A stretch of 64,000 nt of DNA from an uncultured Desulfobacteraceae bacterium (GTDB taxonomy: Bacteria > Desulfobacterota > DSM-4660 > Desulfatiglandales > Desulfatiglandaceae): assembly GCA_964409475.1 (NCBI GenBank), contig CAYPDL010000006.1, positions 242 to 64,241 of the forward strand, written 5' to 3'. The notes beneath the pieces were generated by a model. The model made no database searches. It was not told the DNA's origin and saw nothing but the letters and a program-made list of their open reading frames with translations. Made by a program: the position numbers and the translations under genes. Of this stretch, positions 47,216-56,789 are shown piece by piece. Position 1 is the first letter of the stretch. Every line of letters starts with the position of its first letter.

Positions 47216-47773
47216 ATGAGAATCACCGGCGGCCGGTCAAGGGGAAGGACCCTCTTAGGTCCGAAGGGTCGCCTCATCCGGCCGACCGCTGATCGCGTTC
47301 GCGAAGCGGTTTTCAATATACTGGGCCAGGATCTATCGGGGTATCACGTTCTGGATCTCTTTTCAGGCACGGGGAGTCTAGGCCTGGAGGCCCTGAGCAG
47401 GGGCGCCATATATGCAGTTTTTATTGATAACCTGGATGAATCCATCGACCTGATAAAAAAAAATGTTGAGCGATGTGGGCAGCGGCGTTCGAGCAGGATC
47501 CTCATGAGAGACCTCACGAGAGGAATTCCCTGGCGACATGCCTTCCTGAAAAAAAAATTTGATCTTGTCTTCCTGGATCCGCCTTACTCCAGAGACATCG
47601 CGCCGACATTGGTCGCGGAGATCGCTACAGAAGAAAGCCTTTCAGCCATGGCAAGGGTCGTTGTTGAGACAGGCAAAATCAACGACCTGCCAGTCTCTTT
47701 TTCAGGACTTTCAAGGGTTCATGCTCGAATCTATGGAGATACAAAGATCAGTATTTATGAATTGACGCGTTGA
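47216..47773 (+). CDS. rsmD: 16S rRNA (guanine966-N2)-methyltransferase
   Basis: Start at MRITGGRSRGR. LDLFSGTGSLGLEALSRGA SAM motif and FLDPPY. Confidence 0.85.
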   Translation: MRITGGRSRGRTLLGPKGRLIRPTADRVREAVFNILGQDLSGYHVLDLFSGTGSLGLEALSRGAIYAVFIDNLDESIDLIKKNVERCGQRRSSRILMRDLTRGIPWRHAFLKKKFDLVFLDPPYSRDIAPTLVAEIATEESLSAMARVVVETGKINDLPVSFSGLSRVHARIYGDTKISIYELTR

Positions 47774-47961
47774 GAAATACTGGAATGCTGGAATTGGGGA
47801 ATTGGTATCCGTGAATTCTGCGCCTGCCCCATGAAATGCCTTTTGTGTTCTATTTCATCGGGGTAATCTGTGGATGGGATTGAGGAATTCAGAAATTCAG
47901 CCGCCGACTTTAGGCATTTTAGGCACTTCCATCTAACCACTTACCAGGAGTCGAACGAGGA
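47774..47961. repeat. repeat-filled 188-nt spacer between rsmD and coaD
   Basis: Words ctggaatg/ctggaatt/gggaatt, gaattcag/aaattcag and ctttaggca/ttttaggca, plus hairpin atgaaat-N14-atttcat. These two genes are normally adjacent. Confidence 0.8.
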
Positions 47962-48465
47962 ATGGAAATTTGTAGAAAAACCGCCATTTACCCCGGCTTT
48001 TTTGACCCTATCACCAACGGGCATCTGAGCATTGTGTCACGGGGTCTCGAAATATTTGACCGCTTGATCATTGCCATCTTGAACAACCCCAAAAAGGAAC
48101 CCCTTTTTTCCATACACGAAAGGATAGGGATGATCCAGGAGGCCTTGAAAGGCAACCCGAATATTGAGGTAGAGACCTTTGACGGATTATTGGTTGATTA
48201 TGTGATCCATAAGAAATCAAATATCATCCTGAGAGGACTCCGGGCCCTCTCAGACTTTGAATATGAATTCCAGATGGCACTCATGAACCGGAAATTGAAC
48301 CGTGATGTCCAGTCTGTATTTCTGATGACCGACTATAAATGGTTCTACATCAGTTCCACCATTATCAAAGAAGCGGCAAGCTTTGGCGGAGACGTGAGCG
48401 GTCTCGTTCCGAAATTCGTCAACAACAAACTGAAAGAAAAATTTTTGAAGAGAAAAAATGCTTGA
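47962..48465 (+). CDS. coaD: phosphopantetheine adenylyltransferase
   Basis: 167-aa ORF with AIYPGFFDPITNGH (the T/HxGH motif). Confidence 0.93.
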   Translation: MEICRKTAIYPGFFDPITNGHLSIVSRGLEIFDRLIIAILNNPKKEPLFSIHERIGMIQEALKGNPNIEVETFDGLLVDYVIHKKSNIILRGLRALSDFEYEFQMALMNRKLNRDVQSVFLMTDYKWFYISSTIIKEAASFGGDVSGLVPKFVNNKLKEKFLKRKNA

Positions 48466-48553
48466 CACATCTGTCAGCAGGAGTATATTTCTCTCTAAAA
48501 ATTTGAGACTTAGGTGGTTTTCACCCTGTGGTACAAATGAGGAGGATCATAAG

Positions 48554-48835
48554 GTGGCCCTGACCAAAGAAAAGATCATTGACACTATTTATCATCAGGT
48601 CGGACTCAGTAAGAGCCAATCCCGGACTGTAGCGGAAGGACTCCTTGAGCTCATTAAAGGGACCTTGGAGAAGGGGGAAAACCTCCTGATCAGCGGTTTC
48701 GGCAAACTTGTTGTTAAAGAAAAATCCGCACGGCGGGGGAGAAATCCTCAAACCACTGAAGATCTCCAGCTACGGGCAAGGCGGGTCGTCGTATTCAAGA
48801 CCTCCGGCGTTCTTCGCGACAAGATAAACAAATGA
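48554..48835 (+). CDS. integration host factor / HU family DNA-binding protein
   Basis: GTG start 8 nt after aggagg. LTKEKIIDTIYHQVGLSKSQ..GFGKLVVKEKSARRGRNPQT..VVFKTS. 93 aa. Confidence 0.8.
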   Translation: MALTKEKIIDTIYHQVGLSKSQSRTVAEGLLELIKGTLEKGENLLISGFGKLVVKEKSARRGRNPQTTEDLQLRARRVVVFKTSGVLRDKINK

Positions 48836-48878
48836 CAGGTGCGGAGAACCCGCTTCGGGGGCAACCGGCACAAAGCAC

Positions 48879-49205
48879 CTACCTGAGCACCTCCAGTATC
48901 TTGTGCAGTTCTCCCTTTATCTCTTCGAAAAAAGGGTGCCCAAGGTTTGGCGGCTCGTTCTTTTCCTTTTTGAGGCGTAACTTGGCGCCCTCAAGGGTCA
49001 TTCGTTCCTCATAGAGGAGTCTCTTGATCTCAAGAAGGGTCTCTAGATCTTTTCTTTGGTAGGTCCTCTGCCTGGAATCGGCCCTCCGGGGTCTCAATTG
49101 GGGGAATTCGTTTTCCCAATATCTCAATACATAAGGTTCCACGCCCACGATGCGGCTGGCCTCCCCGATACGAAAGTATCGCCTGTCATCAGGAATCTGG
49201 ACCAT
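48879..49205 (-). CDS. MerR-family transcriptional regulator
   Basis: 108-aa ORF with YFRIGEASRIVGVEPYVLRYWE (MerR HTH). Starts 4 nt after the pheT stop. Confidence 0.8.
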   Translation of the reverse strand: MVQIPDDRRYFRIGEASRIVGVEPYVLRYWENEFPQLRPRRADSRQRTYQRKDLETLLEIKRLLYEERMTLEGAKLRLKKEKNEPPNLGHPFFEEIKGELHKILEVLR

Positions 49206-49208
49206 TTT

Positions 49209-51623
49209 TCAGCCCTCCCTCAATCTGCCTCCGGTCTCTTCTCTGATCTTTTCAACAATCGCCCAGTGCAAACGGTTGATCCGTTCGCCCTCAAGGGTCT
49301 CGTGCGCAGATCTGTAAGATATCCTAAATGCTATGGCCTTCTCCGAAGGATCGATCTTCTCTCCTTCGTAAAGATCGAATATACGAACCGACTCCAGCAG
49401 ATCGCCCCCCTCTCTTCGAATAATCTCTATGAGTCTGGCGCTCTCTATCCGCCGCTCTACCAAAAGCGAGAGATCTCTGAAGACAGCGGGAAATCTGGGA
49501 AAGGGCCGAAATTTGTTTGTTCCGGACCGCAGCGTCAGGATCGGCTTGACATCCAGTTCGAAAAGATAGGCATCTTCATCTTTTAGACCGTATGCCCCCA
49601 TCACACTCAAAGCGACCTTTCCCAACTGCCCGATGCGTCTGTCTGAGCAATAAATCCCTGCTAAAACCTCATTATCGTATCCTGGCGCGTCTTGCTCCCT
49701 TTTGAAACGAATCTCATGGAGACCGATCCCCTTCAAAATGGCCTCCACCGCTCCCTTCAGGTCATAGTAATCGCAATCTCTCTCATCATGATACCACAAT
49801 TTCTCCTGGTACGGTCCGATCATTACCCCCGCTATAAAGATCATCTCTGAAGGGAGTTGATCCTCGCCGTTTTGAACAAATGTCTTGCCCCATTCGAAGA
49901 GTCTCAAGCCTTTCTGGTCATGCACCATGTTGGTCTTCACCGCACCCATGAGCCCTGGGATGAGCGATGTTCGCAACACCGACTGATCGACCGTCAGCGG
50001 GTTCAAGAGGGGGACAAAGGACCTTAGCGGGCTGCCCCTTTCTGCGCCAAGTATATCCGCAGATTCAGGGGCGATAAAGCTGTAGGTAATGATTTCGGCA
50101 AAACCGAGGCCTGTCATGATCGATCTTATCTGATCCCGAAGAAAGAGTTCCGGCGAGTCCCCCTCCTCCGACGGCCTGATGCTGGGGTAGGTGAGAGGTA
50201 TCTGGTCGAAGCCGTAGCATCTCGCCACCTCTTCTATCAGATCCACTTCCCTGGTGACATCCACCCGGAATGACGGCGGTTGGACGACCAGTTCATTTTC
50301 ATTCACATCACGGACCTCCATCTCGAGTGCTTCGAAATAGCCTTTCATAGCCGCCCGTGACAGGGAGGTGCCCAGAATGCGGTTGACATGGTCTGTCCGG
50401 AGTTGAATGAGGGGAGGATCCCAGGGTTTGGGGTAATTGTCCACGAGGCCTTTCGCAATGGTTCCCCCTGACAATCGGCACATGAGAGAGAGCGCCCGCC
50501 TCAGAGCAGATCCAACGCCCCCGATATCGGCCCCTCTTTCAAAACGATAGGAGGCCTCTGTGGAAAGCCCCATGCGCTTGGAGCCCCTTCGAATGGTTAC
50601 GGGATCAAAAAAGGCGCTTTCTATCAGGATATTCTCCGTATTGGCAAAGATCTCGGAATTGAGCCCTCCCATAATCCCGGCCAGTGCCACGGCCCGCTCT
50701 CCATCACAGATCATAAGGTTTTCACGACTCATGGTGCGGGTCTGCCCGTCCAACGTCGTAAAGGCCTCCCCCTCTTCCGCTCTCCTGACCACAATCCTGT
50801 TCTCTCTTAGACGATCATAGTCAAAGGCATGGAGCGGCTGTCCCATCTCCAACATCACATAATTGGTCACATCCACCAGGTTGCTGATGCTCCGGACCTC
50901 GGACTGATGCAACCGGTATCTCATCCAGAAGGGGGATGGACCCGGTTTTACGCCCCGAATCATGCCTGCGGCGTAACGGGGACACCCGTCAGGGTCCAGA
51001 ATTGTGACGCTCGTGAGTCCTTCAATCGAGGGCCCACCCTCATTCATCCGAATATCAGGCATCTTGACGGCCTTTCCGGTAGCCGCCGCAATCTCCCTCG
51101 CTATACCCAATACATTGGCGCAATCAGGCCGGTTCGGCGTGATGGCTATATCAAAGACCCAGTCAGGAAACCGGAGGGCCGAGGAAAATTTAGTGCCAGG
51201 AATCAGGTCCGGACCAAGAATCATGATGCCGGCATGGTCATCCGTAAGACCCATTTCATCTTCGGCCAGGAGCATCCCTGTTGACAGCTCCTCCCTGATT
51301 CGGGTTTCCTCTATCAGCTTGCCGTCCGGGAGTCTGCCACCGGGGAGAACCAGCGGCGCTAACGCGCTTTCGACAACATTGGGTGCGCCGCAGACGACAT
51401 CGACCCTTTCCCGGCCGGCATCTACGGTGCAGACGGAGAGACGCTCCGAACGGGGATGGGGCTTCACACGCACGATCCGTCCCACAATAATATCATCGAG
51501 GGATTGACCGATCGGCTCCATCCCTTCCACTTCCAGGCCCGTCATGGTCAGGAGGTGGGCCAGATCATCGGGCGACATCTCGATATCGACGTATTCGCTT
51601 ATCCAGTTCAGACTTACTTTCAT
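49209..51623 (-). CDS. pheT: phenylalanine--tRNA ligase beta subunit
   Basis: 804-aa ORF starting MKVSLNWISEYV, with B3/4, B5 and FDX-ACB domains. Confidence 0.95.
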   Translation of the reverse strand: MKVSLNWISEYVDIEMSPDDLAHLLTMTGLEVEGMEPIGQSLDDIIVGRIVRVKPHPRSERLSVCTVDAGRERVDVVCGAPNVVESALAPLVLPGGRLPDGKLIEETRIREELSTGMLLAEDEMGLTDDHAGIMILGPDLIPGTKFSSALRFPDWVFDIAITPNRPDCANVLGIAREIAAATGKAVKMPDIRMNEGGPSIEGLTSVTILDPDGCPRYAAGMIRGVKPGPSPFWMRYRLHQSEVRSISNLVDVTNYVMLEMGQPLHAFDYDRLRENRIVVRRAEEGEAFTTLDGQTRTMSRENLMICDGERAVALAGIMGGLNSEIFANTENILIESAFFDPVTIRRGSKRMGLSTEASYRFERGADIGGVGSALRRALSLMCRLSGGTIAKGLVDNYPKPWDPPLIQLRTDHVNRILGTSLSRAAMKGYFEALEMEVRDVNENELVVQPPSFRVDVTREVDLIEEVARCYGFDQIPLTYPSIRPSEEGDSPELFLRDQIRSIMTGLGFAEIITYSFIAPESADILGAERGSPLRSFVPLLNPLTVDQSVLRTSLIPGLMGAVKTNMVHDQKGLRLFEWGKTFVQNGEDQLPSEMIFIAGVMIGPYQEKLWYHDERDCDYYDLKGAVEAILKGIGLHEIRFKREQDAPGYDNEVLAGIYCSDRRIGQLGKVALSVMGAYGLKDEDAYLFELDVKPILTLRSGTNKFRPFPRFPAVFRDLSLLVERRIESARLIEIIRREGGDLLESVRIFDLYEGEKIDPSEKAIAFRISYRSAHETLEGERINRLHWAIVEKIREETGGRLREG

Positions 51624-51635
51624 ATATTCTTGTGT

Positions 51636-51729
51636 AATTGAGGAATTGCGAATTCAGGGATTCAGGAATTAAAACCAGTTCTCATCCATTCATTCCTCAA
51701 TCCCTTAATCCCTAAATTCCTAAATTCAT
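51636..51729. repeat. repeat-filled pheS/pheT spacer (GGAAT/ATTCC words, imperfect hairpin)
   Basis: aattgagg aattgcg aattcaggg attcagg aatt ... cattcctc aatccctt aatccct aaattcct aaattc. The left and right halves are roughly complementary. Confidence 0.85.
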
Positions 51730-52737
51730 CTAAAATTGTCTCAAAAACCGCATATCGTTTTTGAAAAAGAGCTGAATGTCATCGATCCCGAATTTGAGCA
51801 TGGCAATCCTCTCGATCCCCATCCCGAATGCAAAACCGGAGTAGAGATCCGGGTCGTAATCCACGAATCGGTACACCTCAGGATCAACCATCCCGGATCC
51901 CAATATCTCCAGCCAGCCTGTGTGGGAACAGGTCCTGCACCCGGCTCCTTTGCACATAACGCAGCGGATATCCACCTCAGCGCTCGGCTCTGTAAAGGGG
52001 AAAAAGCTGGGTCTGAAACGAAGGCTGGTATCGCTGCCGAACATCTGGTGGACAAAACTCGTAAGGGTCCCCTTCAGATCGCCAAAGGTAACCCCTTTGT
52101 CCACCAGGAGGCCTTCCACCTGATGGAACATGGGGGTATGTGTCACGTCTGAATCGCGTCGATAGACCTTGCCGGGGGCAATAATGCTGACAGGCGGCTT
52201 GTGGGATTCCATCACGCGGACCTGCATGGGCGAGGTGTGGGTTCGCAGGACGACATTGTCAGAAATGTAAAAGGTATCCTGCATATCCCGGGCAGGATGG
52301 TCTTTGGGTATGTTGAGCGCCTCGAAATTGTAATAGTCCAGCTCTACATTGGGTCCTTTCACCACCCTGAATCCCATTCTCGAAAAGATCCTGCAGACAT
52401 CTTGTATGACTGACGTGATGGGGTGATGGTGTCCACGAAGAGGCTCTCTTCCCGGCAGGGTCAGGTCCATAAAACCGGCCCCGCTTCCCTTTCTGGAACC
52501 CAGAAGCTCCTTTGCCTGCTGAAAGCGTTCTGAGAGACTTTTTTTGATAAGGTTTGCTAACTTCCCGATCTCAGGACGTTCTTCGGCCGTCAGGCTGCCG
52601 ACACCCTTCATGAACGACGTAAGCTGACCCTTTTTGCCTAAATATTTGATCCGGAATTGCTCGAGCGCCGGGAGATCCGTAATCGCGTCAATTTCCTTCA
52701 GGGCGCGTGCTTCCAGTTCAAGGAGTTGCTCTTTCAT
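51730..52737 (-). CDS. pheS: phenylalanine--tRNA ligase alpha subunit
   Basis: 335-aa ORF with class II motifs (HPARDMQDTF; FRPSFFPFTEPS; GFAFGMGIERI). Confidence 0.95.
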   Translation of the reverse strand: MKEQLLELEARALKEIDAITDLPALEQFRIKYLGKKGQLTSFMKGVGSLTAEERPEIGKLANLIKKSLSERFQQAKELLGSRKGSGAGFMDLTLPGREPLRGHHHPITSVIQDVCRIFSRMGFRVVKGPNVELDYYNFEALNIPKDHPARDMQDTFYISDNVVLRTHTSPMQVRVMESHKPPVSIIAPGKVYRRDSDVTHTPMFHQVEGLLVDKGVTFGDLKGTLTSFVHQMFGSDTSLRFRPSFFPFTEPSAEVDIRCVMCKGAGCRTCSHTGWLEILGSGMVDPEVYRFVDYDPDLYSGFAFGMGIERIAMLKFGIDDIQLFFKNDMRFLRQF

Positions 52738-52766
52738 CAGATTGTCTGTTGGAGATGTGAGGTGGG

Positions 52767-53111
52767 CTACTGGGCCATGCTCACTAACCGGGAAAAGGCC
52801 GCGGGATCATGGACCGCCATATCGGCGATCGCCTTACGATCCAAAAGGATCCCCGCCCTCTGAAGGCCTCCGATGAACCGGCTGTAGGAGAGCCCATGCT
52901 CTCTGGCAGCGGCGTTGATCCTGACAATCCAGAGACTGCGGAAATCCCGTTTCCGCGTCTTCCGATCCCGGTAGGCGTACACGCCGGCCCTCATGACCGT
53001 CGTCGCGGCTGTCCTGAGCTGTTTACTGTGCCCTCCCCGGTAGCCTTTCGCAGCCTTCAATATCTTATTTCTTCTTCTCCTGGCCTTAAAGCCTCTTTTT
53101 ACCCTTGGCAT
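52767..53111 (-). CDS. rplT: 50S ribosomal protein L20
   Basis: 114-aa ORF starting [19 protein letters not shown]. Confidence 0.95.
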   Translation of the reverse strand: MPRVKRGFKARRRRNKILKAAKGYRGGHSKQLRTAATTVMRAGVYAYRDRKTRKRDFRSLWIVRINAAAREHGLSYSRFIGGLQRAGILLDRKAIADMAVHDPAAFSRLVSMAQ

Positions 53112-53388
53112 GGTTAAACCTCTTTTATGGTATTAGCGAAACTCTGTCTCATGTCACACCTGAGCCATTACTTCACGATGCAGTTTATGGTTGCCCGGTG
53201 CCGGATACAATGATGAATAGGCTCTGTTGCAAATTCCAATATCCAGTACAGGACATCCCCTACCCGTTTACTGCCGATGCAATACATCGGCTCAACATTC
53301 ACGATCTTGGCCCACAGCGCCAACTGTCAGATTTCAAGTTTATCAATAAATAGCCTCAAAAAGGCACAAAACGCACAGAAACCAAAAT

Positions 53389-53436
53389 CTGATTCCTGAA
53401 TTCCTCAGTTCCTCAATCGCTGAATTCCCGATTCCG
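53389..53436. repeat. octamer tract in the rpmI/rplT spacer
   Basis: ctgattcc tgaattcc tcagttcc tcaatcgc tgaattcc cgattccg, a strict 8-nt phase. Confidence 0.9.
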
Positions 53437-53474
53437 TATAGAAAGGCCTTTTTGCGCGGGCCTCAATAAAAGGA

Positions 53475-53672
53475 TCATAGATATGGCATCAATCTGGCCA
53501 CGTGTCTCAGGTTGGTGGCATCCACGAGACTCGACTTCCTGAGATTCCGTTTCCGTTTTGAACTCTTTTTCGTGAGGATATGGCTAGAAAACGCCTTATT
53601 TCTTGAGATCTTACCCGAACCAGTGGCCTTAAACCGCTTGGCGGCCCCACGGTTCGTCTTCATCTTGGGCAT
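53475..53672 (-). CDS. rpmI: 50S ribosomal protein L35
   Basis: 65-aa ORF starting [21 protein letters not shown]. Confidence 0.93.
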   Translation of the reverse strand: MPKMKTNRGAAKRFKATGSGKISRNKAFSSHILTKKSSKRKRNLRKSSLVDATNLRHVARLMPYL

Positions 53673-53788
53673 TTTTTACCTCCATCTGCGTAAGTGAGAC
53701 CCGGTCCGATGGACGTTCCCCCTTGCCGGCAAGCATCTGCACGTCGGCAGGAACCGCATCCATCCACAAGGTCTCACCCCGCTGTCTT

Positions 53789-54313
53789 TTATTTCGGGAT
53801 AATGACCATTGTCATTCTGTTTCTCGCCTCTCTGGTAGGCGGCTGTTCTATGGCGCCGTCTTCCGAGACCTCTTCAGCGACCCGCTTCAGTATCTCTTCG
53901 CCGGCATTCATGTAGGCCATCTCTCTCCCCCTGAAAAAAACAGTGACCTTCACCCGATTCTTCTTCTCAAGAAACTTCTTGAGGTTCTTGATCTTGAATG
54001 CGAGGTCGTGATCCTCTGTGTGGGGGCGGAGTTTGATCTCCTTCATCTGGCCGCCTCGGCTCTTCTTTCGAGCCTCCTGGACCTTCTTGCTTGTCTGGTA
54101 TCTGAACTTACCGTAGTCCATGACCCGACAGACCGGGGGGTCTGAATTGGGTGCAACCTCCACAAGATCAAACCCTTCATTCCTGGCTGCTTCCAAGGCA
54201 TCACGCAAGGATACGATGCCTAATTGATCACCTTCAGCAGAGATCAATCGAACCTCCCTTGAACGGATATGTTCATTTATCCTGACGTCATCAGATTTTT
54301 TTACTATGGTCAT
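53789..54313 (-). CDS. infC: translation initiation factor IF-3
   Basis: 174-aa ORF with RINEHIRSREVRLI. ATG 54313 sits only 2 nt after the GGAGG. The in-frame ATA at 54307 has 8-nt spacing and may be the true non-canonical start. Confidence 0.9.
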   Translation of the reverse strand: MTIVKKSDDVRINEHIRSREVRLISAEGDQLGIVSLRDALEAARNEGFDLVEVAPNSDPPVCRVMDYGKFRYQTSKKVQEARKKSRGGQMKEIKLRPHTEDHDLAFKIKNLKKFLEKKNRVKVTVFFRGREMAYMNAGEEILKRVAEEVSEDGAIEQPPTREARNRMTMVIIPK

Positions 54314-56229
54314 TACCTCCTTTGTTCGGATTCTCCTCTAATTAGGTCAATAAATGCCTTCGCATTCATCAGCGAAAGATTCTGACCGTTCCTCTGCCTT
54401 GGGGTTACCCCGTCATTATCGCATTCATTGTCCCCGATGATCAGCATATAGGGGACCTTGTTCAGTTGCGCCTCTCTCACCTTGTGACCCAGTTTCTCGT
54501 TTCTGAAATCGGCCTCCACCCGGATATCCGCATCTCTCAGTGCCTGATACACCTTCTCGGCATGGGGGATATTCCTGTCCGTTACCGTAAGGATGACAGA
54601 CTGCACCGGCGCCAGCCATGTGGGAAATGCACCCGCATAATGTTCGATCAAGACCCCGATGAATCTCTCAATGGCACCCAAAATCACCCGGTGAAGCATC
54701 ACAGGCCGGTGCTTTTCATTATCTTTGCCAATATACGTGAGATCAAACTTTTCGGGAAGCGTAAAATCACACTGGATGGTAGCGCACTGCCATTTCCTCC
54801 CCAGTGCGTCTTTCAGCTTGACGTCGATCTTGGGACCATAGAACGCCCCGTCTCCTTCATTTATCTCATACTCCAGACGCTCATCTTCCATGGCCTTGAT
54901 AAGGGCCTGCGTAGCGAGTTCCCAGTCCGCATCCGACCCGATCGATTTTTCAGGCCGCGTACTTATCTCCAGATCATACTCAAACCCAAAGATGCCCATG
55001 ACCTCTTTGACAAAATTGAGCACGCCCTTTATCTCGCCGTTGAGCTGATCCGGCGTGCAGATGATGTGGGCGTCATCCTGGGTAAACTCCCGGACCCGGA
55101 AAAGGCCGTTCAAAACACCGGAACGCTCGTGCCGATGGACCGTGCCCAATTCAAAGTATCGTTTGGGAAGATCCCGGTAACTCCTTAACTTGGAACCGTA
55201 AATGAGCATGTGCGACAGGCAGTTCATCGGCTTGATGCCGTAGGACTGCTTATCGATCTCGGTAAAATACATGTTCTCCCGGTAATTCTCGAAGTGACCC
55301 GACTTTTTCCACAGCTCCGTCTTCAGGATCTCCGGACCTCTCGCCAACTCGTACCCCCTCCTCAGATGTTCGCGTATCTCAAATTCCTCAAGGATGTGCC
55401 GCAACATGGCGCCCTTGGGATGCCAGACGATCATTCCGGCCCCGATCTCTTCATAGGTGCTGAAGAGTTCGAGCTGAGGACCCAGTTTGACGTGGTTTCT
55501 CTTTTTGGCCTCTTCGAGCCAGTGAAGATGCTTTTTCAGGCCCTTCTGGTCGGGGAATGCCACCCCATAGATCCGACTCAGCATGGGCCGGTTTTCATCG
55601 CCCCGCCAGTAGGCCCCGGCAACCCGGGTCAGATGAAAGGCCTGGATCATCCCTGTGGACGGGATATGCGGCCCCCGGCACAGGTCCGTGAAGCTCCCCT
55701 GGGTATAGAGGGAGACATGATTCACGCCCAGGTCTTGGATCAGTTCGATCTTGTAATCCTCGTCCTGATCCTTGAAAAAACCGATCGCATCCTGACTCCC
55801 CATCTCTTTTCTGGCGAAGGAAAGGTCTGCCTGGATGATCTCTTTCATCTTCTCTTCAATGGCAGGGAGATCATCCTCCCTGAACGGACGTTCATAATCA
55901 AAATCATAATAGAATCCGTTTTCAATGGCCGGGCCGATCGTGACCTTTACCCCCGGGAAGAGCTCCTTGACGGCCATTGCCATGACATGGGAGGTGCTGT
56001 GCCGGAGGATTTCGACGCCCTCCTCGGACTGCAGATAGACAGGCGCCAGTTCGGCCCCGTCTTCTAAAGCCGAAGACAGGTCCTGCAACACCCCGTTCAC
56101 CTTTGCGGCCACCACCCTGTCGAGCCCGCCCACCTTCAGATGTTCAAGGGCCTCCCGCGCTGACAGGGATTCCGCCTCTACCTTCTCTGCCGGATCTTCC
56201 TTCAAATGGATCGAAAACATTTTCATCAT
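54313..56229 (-). CDS. thrS: threonine--tRNA ligase
   Basis: Start taken at MMKMFSIHL (uncertain). TGS, editing (HSTSHVMA), class II core and anticodon-binding domains. 638 aa. Confidence 0.93.
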   Translation of the reverse strand: MMKMFSIHLKEDPAEKVEAESLSAREALEHLKVGGLDRVVAAKVNGVLQDLSSALEDGAELAPVYLQSEEGVEILRHSTSHVMAMAVKELFPGVKVTIGPAIENGFYYDFDYERPFREDDLPAIEEKMKEIIQADLSFARKEMGSQDAIGFFKDQDEDYKIELIQDLGVNHVSLYTQGSFTDLCRGPHIPSTGMIQAFHLTRVAGAYWRGDENRPMLSRIYGVAFPDQKGLKKHLHWLEEAKKRNHVKLGPQLELFSTYEEIGAGMIVWHPKGAMLRHILEEFEIREHLRRGYELARGPEILKTELWKKSGHFENYRENMYFTEIDKQSYGIKPMNCLSHMLIYGSKLRSYRDLPKRYFELGTVHRHERSGVLNGLFRVREFTQDDAHIICTPDQLNGEIKGVLNFVKEVMGIFGFEYDLEISTRPEKSIGSDADWELATQALIKAMEDERLEYEINEGDGAFYGPKIDVKLKDALGRKWQCATIQCDFTLPEKFDLTYIGKDNEKHRPVMLHRVILGAIERFIGVLIEHYAGAFPTWLAPVQSVILTVTDRNIPHAEKVYQALRDADIRVEADFRNEKLGHKVREAQLNKVPYMLIIGDNECDNDGVTPRQRNGQNLSLMNAKAFIDLIRGESEQRR

Positions 56230-56789
56230 AGAATGTCCATCAAAGAAAACAAGGCATCCGAAGTACACAACCACTTCTCAAGATGCCTCATAAAATCTTC
56301 ACTTAACGAATCAACGCACTTGGGTATCTTGTGTTATAAGGAACAGATTCAGAGGTTATCGTCTTGATGATTCAGGATCTCTTCTCCGACACTACCAGGC
56401 TGGGCCCATCTCCCTGTAAAGCCCCCTCGCCGCGCCTGTCTCTGCCGGGTGGCGATTCAACCATATGTGTTCTCGCAAGCCCCCGCCCAGTGATGTCAGG
56501 CGACCGGATTGGCAAATTTTGTCTTTATAAACAATAACGTAATGAAATGCAAGCAAAAAGTGACGGCATGGCCGATTCCATGCCCCCCGGCCCTCCCGAG
56601 GCCATGGGATTTTCGGAAATTCGGTCCCTAACGATTGAAAACTATTTGAAAAACGTCCTGTAAAAGGCTAAGCTTGTTTCATACGTTCATGGGTTCCTGC
56701 TTCATCGGTTTACCGCTGCATATCGGGATTCAGGGCTTGTCTGGTTATATCCGGCAGTCCCTCCGAAGGCCCATCCATCATCAGGTATT

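Noticed and set aside
1828-53474. Could the short tandem repeats be CRISPR arrays or coding low-complexity?
   Set aside because: The period is 7-8 nt with no spacers, far too short for CRISPR, and there are no cas genes. The tracts lie outside the supported ORFs except for a few terminal codons.
56275-56560. T-box or other leader upstream of thrS.
   Set aside because: No AGGGTGGTACCGCG-like T-box sequence or specifier-loop arrangement is visible on the minus strand.
56560-56789. Possible cobalamin riboswitch in the 515-nt gap upstream of the btuF-like gene (GGTTCC...GGGATTC...GGTTATATCCGGCAGTCCC loosely resembles the GGGAA-GGTG-A-TCC-GC-CCC core).
   Set aside because: I could not find the B12 box (AGYCMGGAGACCKGCC-like) or the GCCACTG element, and the resemblance ends about 30 nt before the start codon, too short for a full aptamer. 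It should be settled with Infernal model RF00174. Not reported as a feature.
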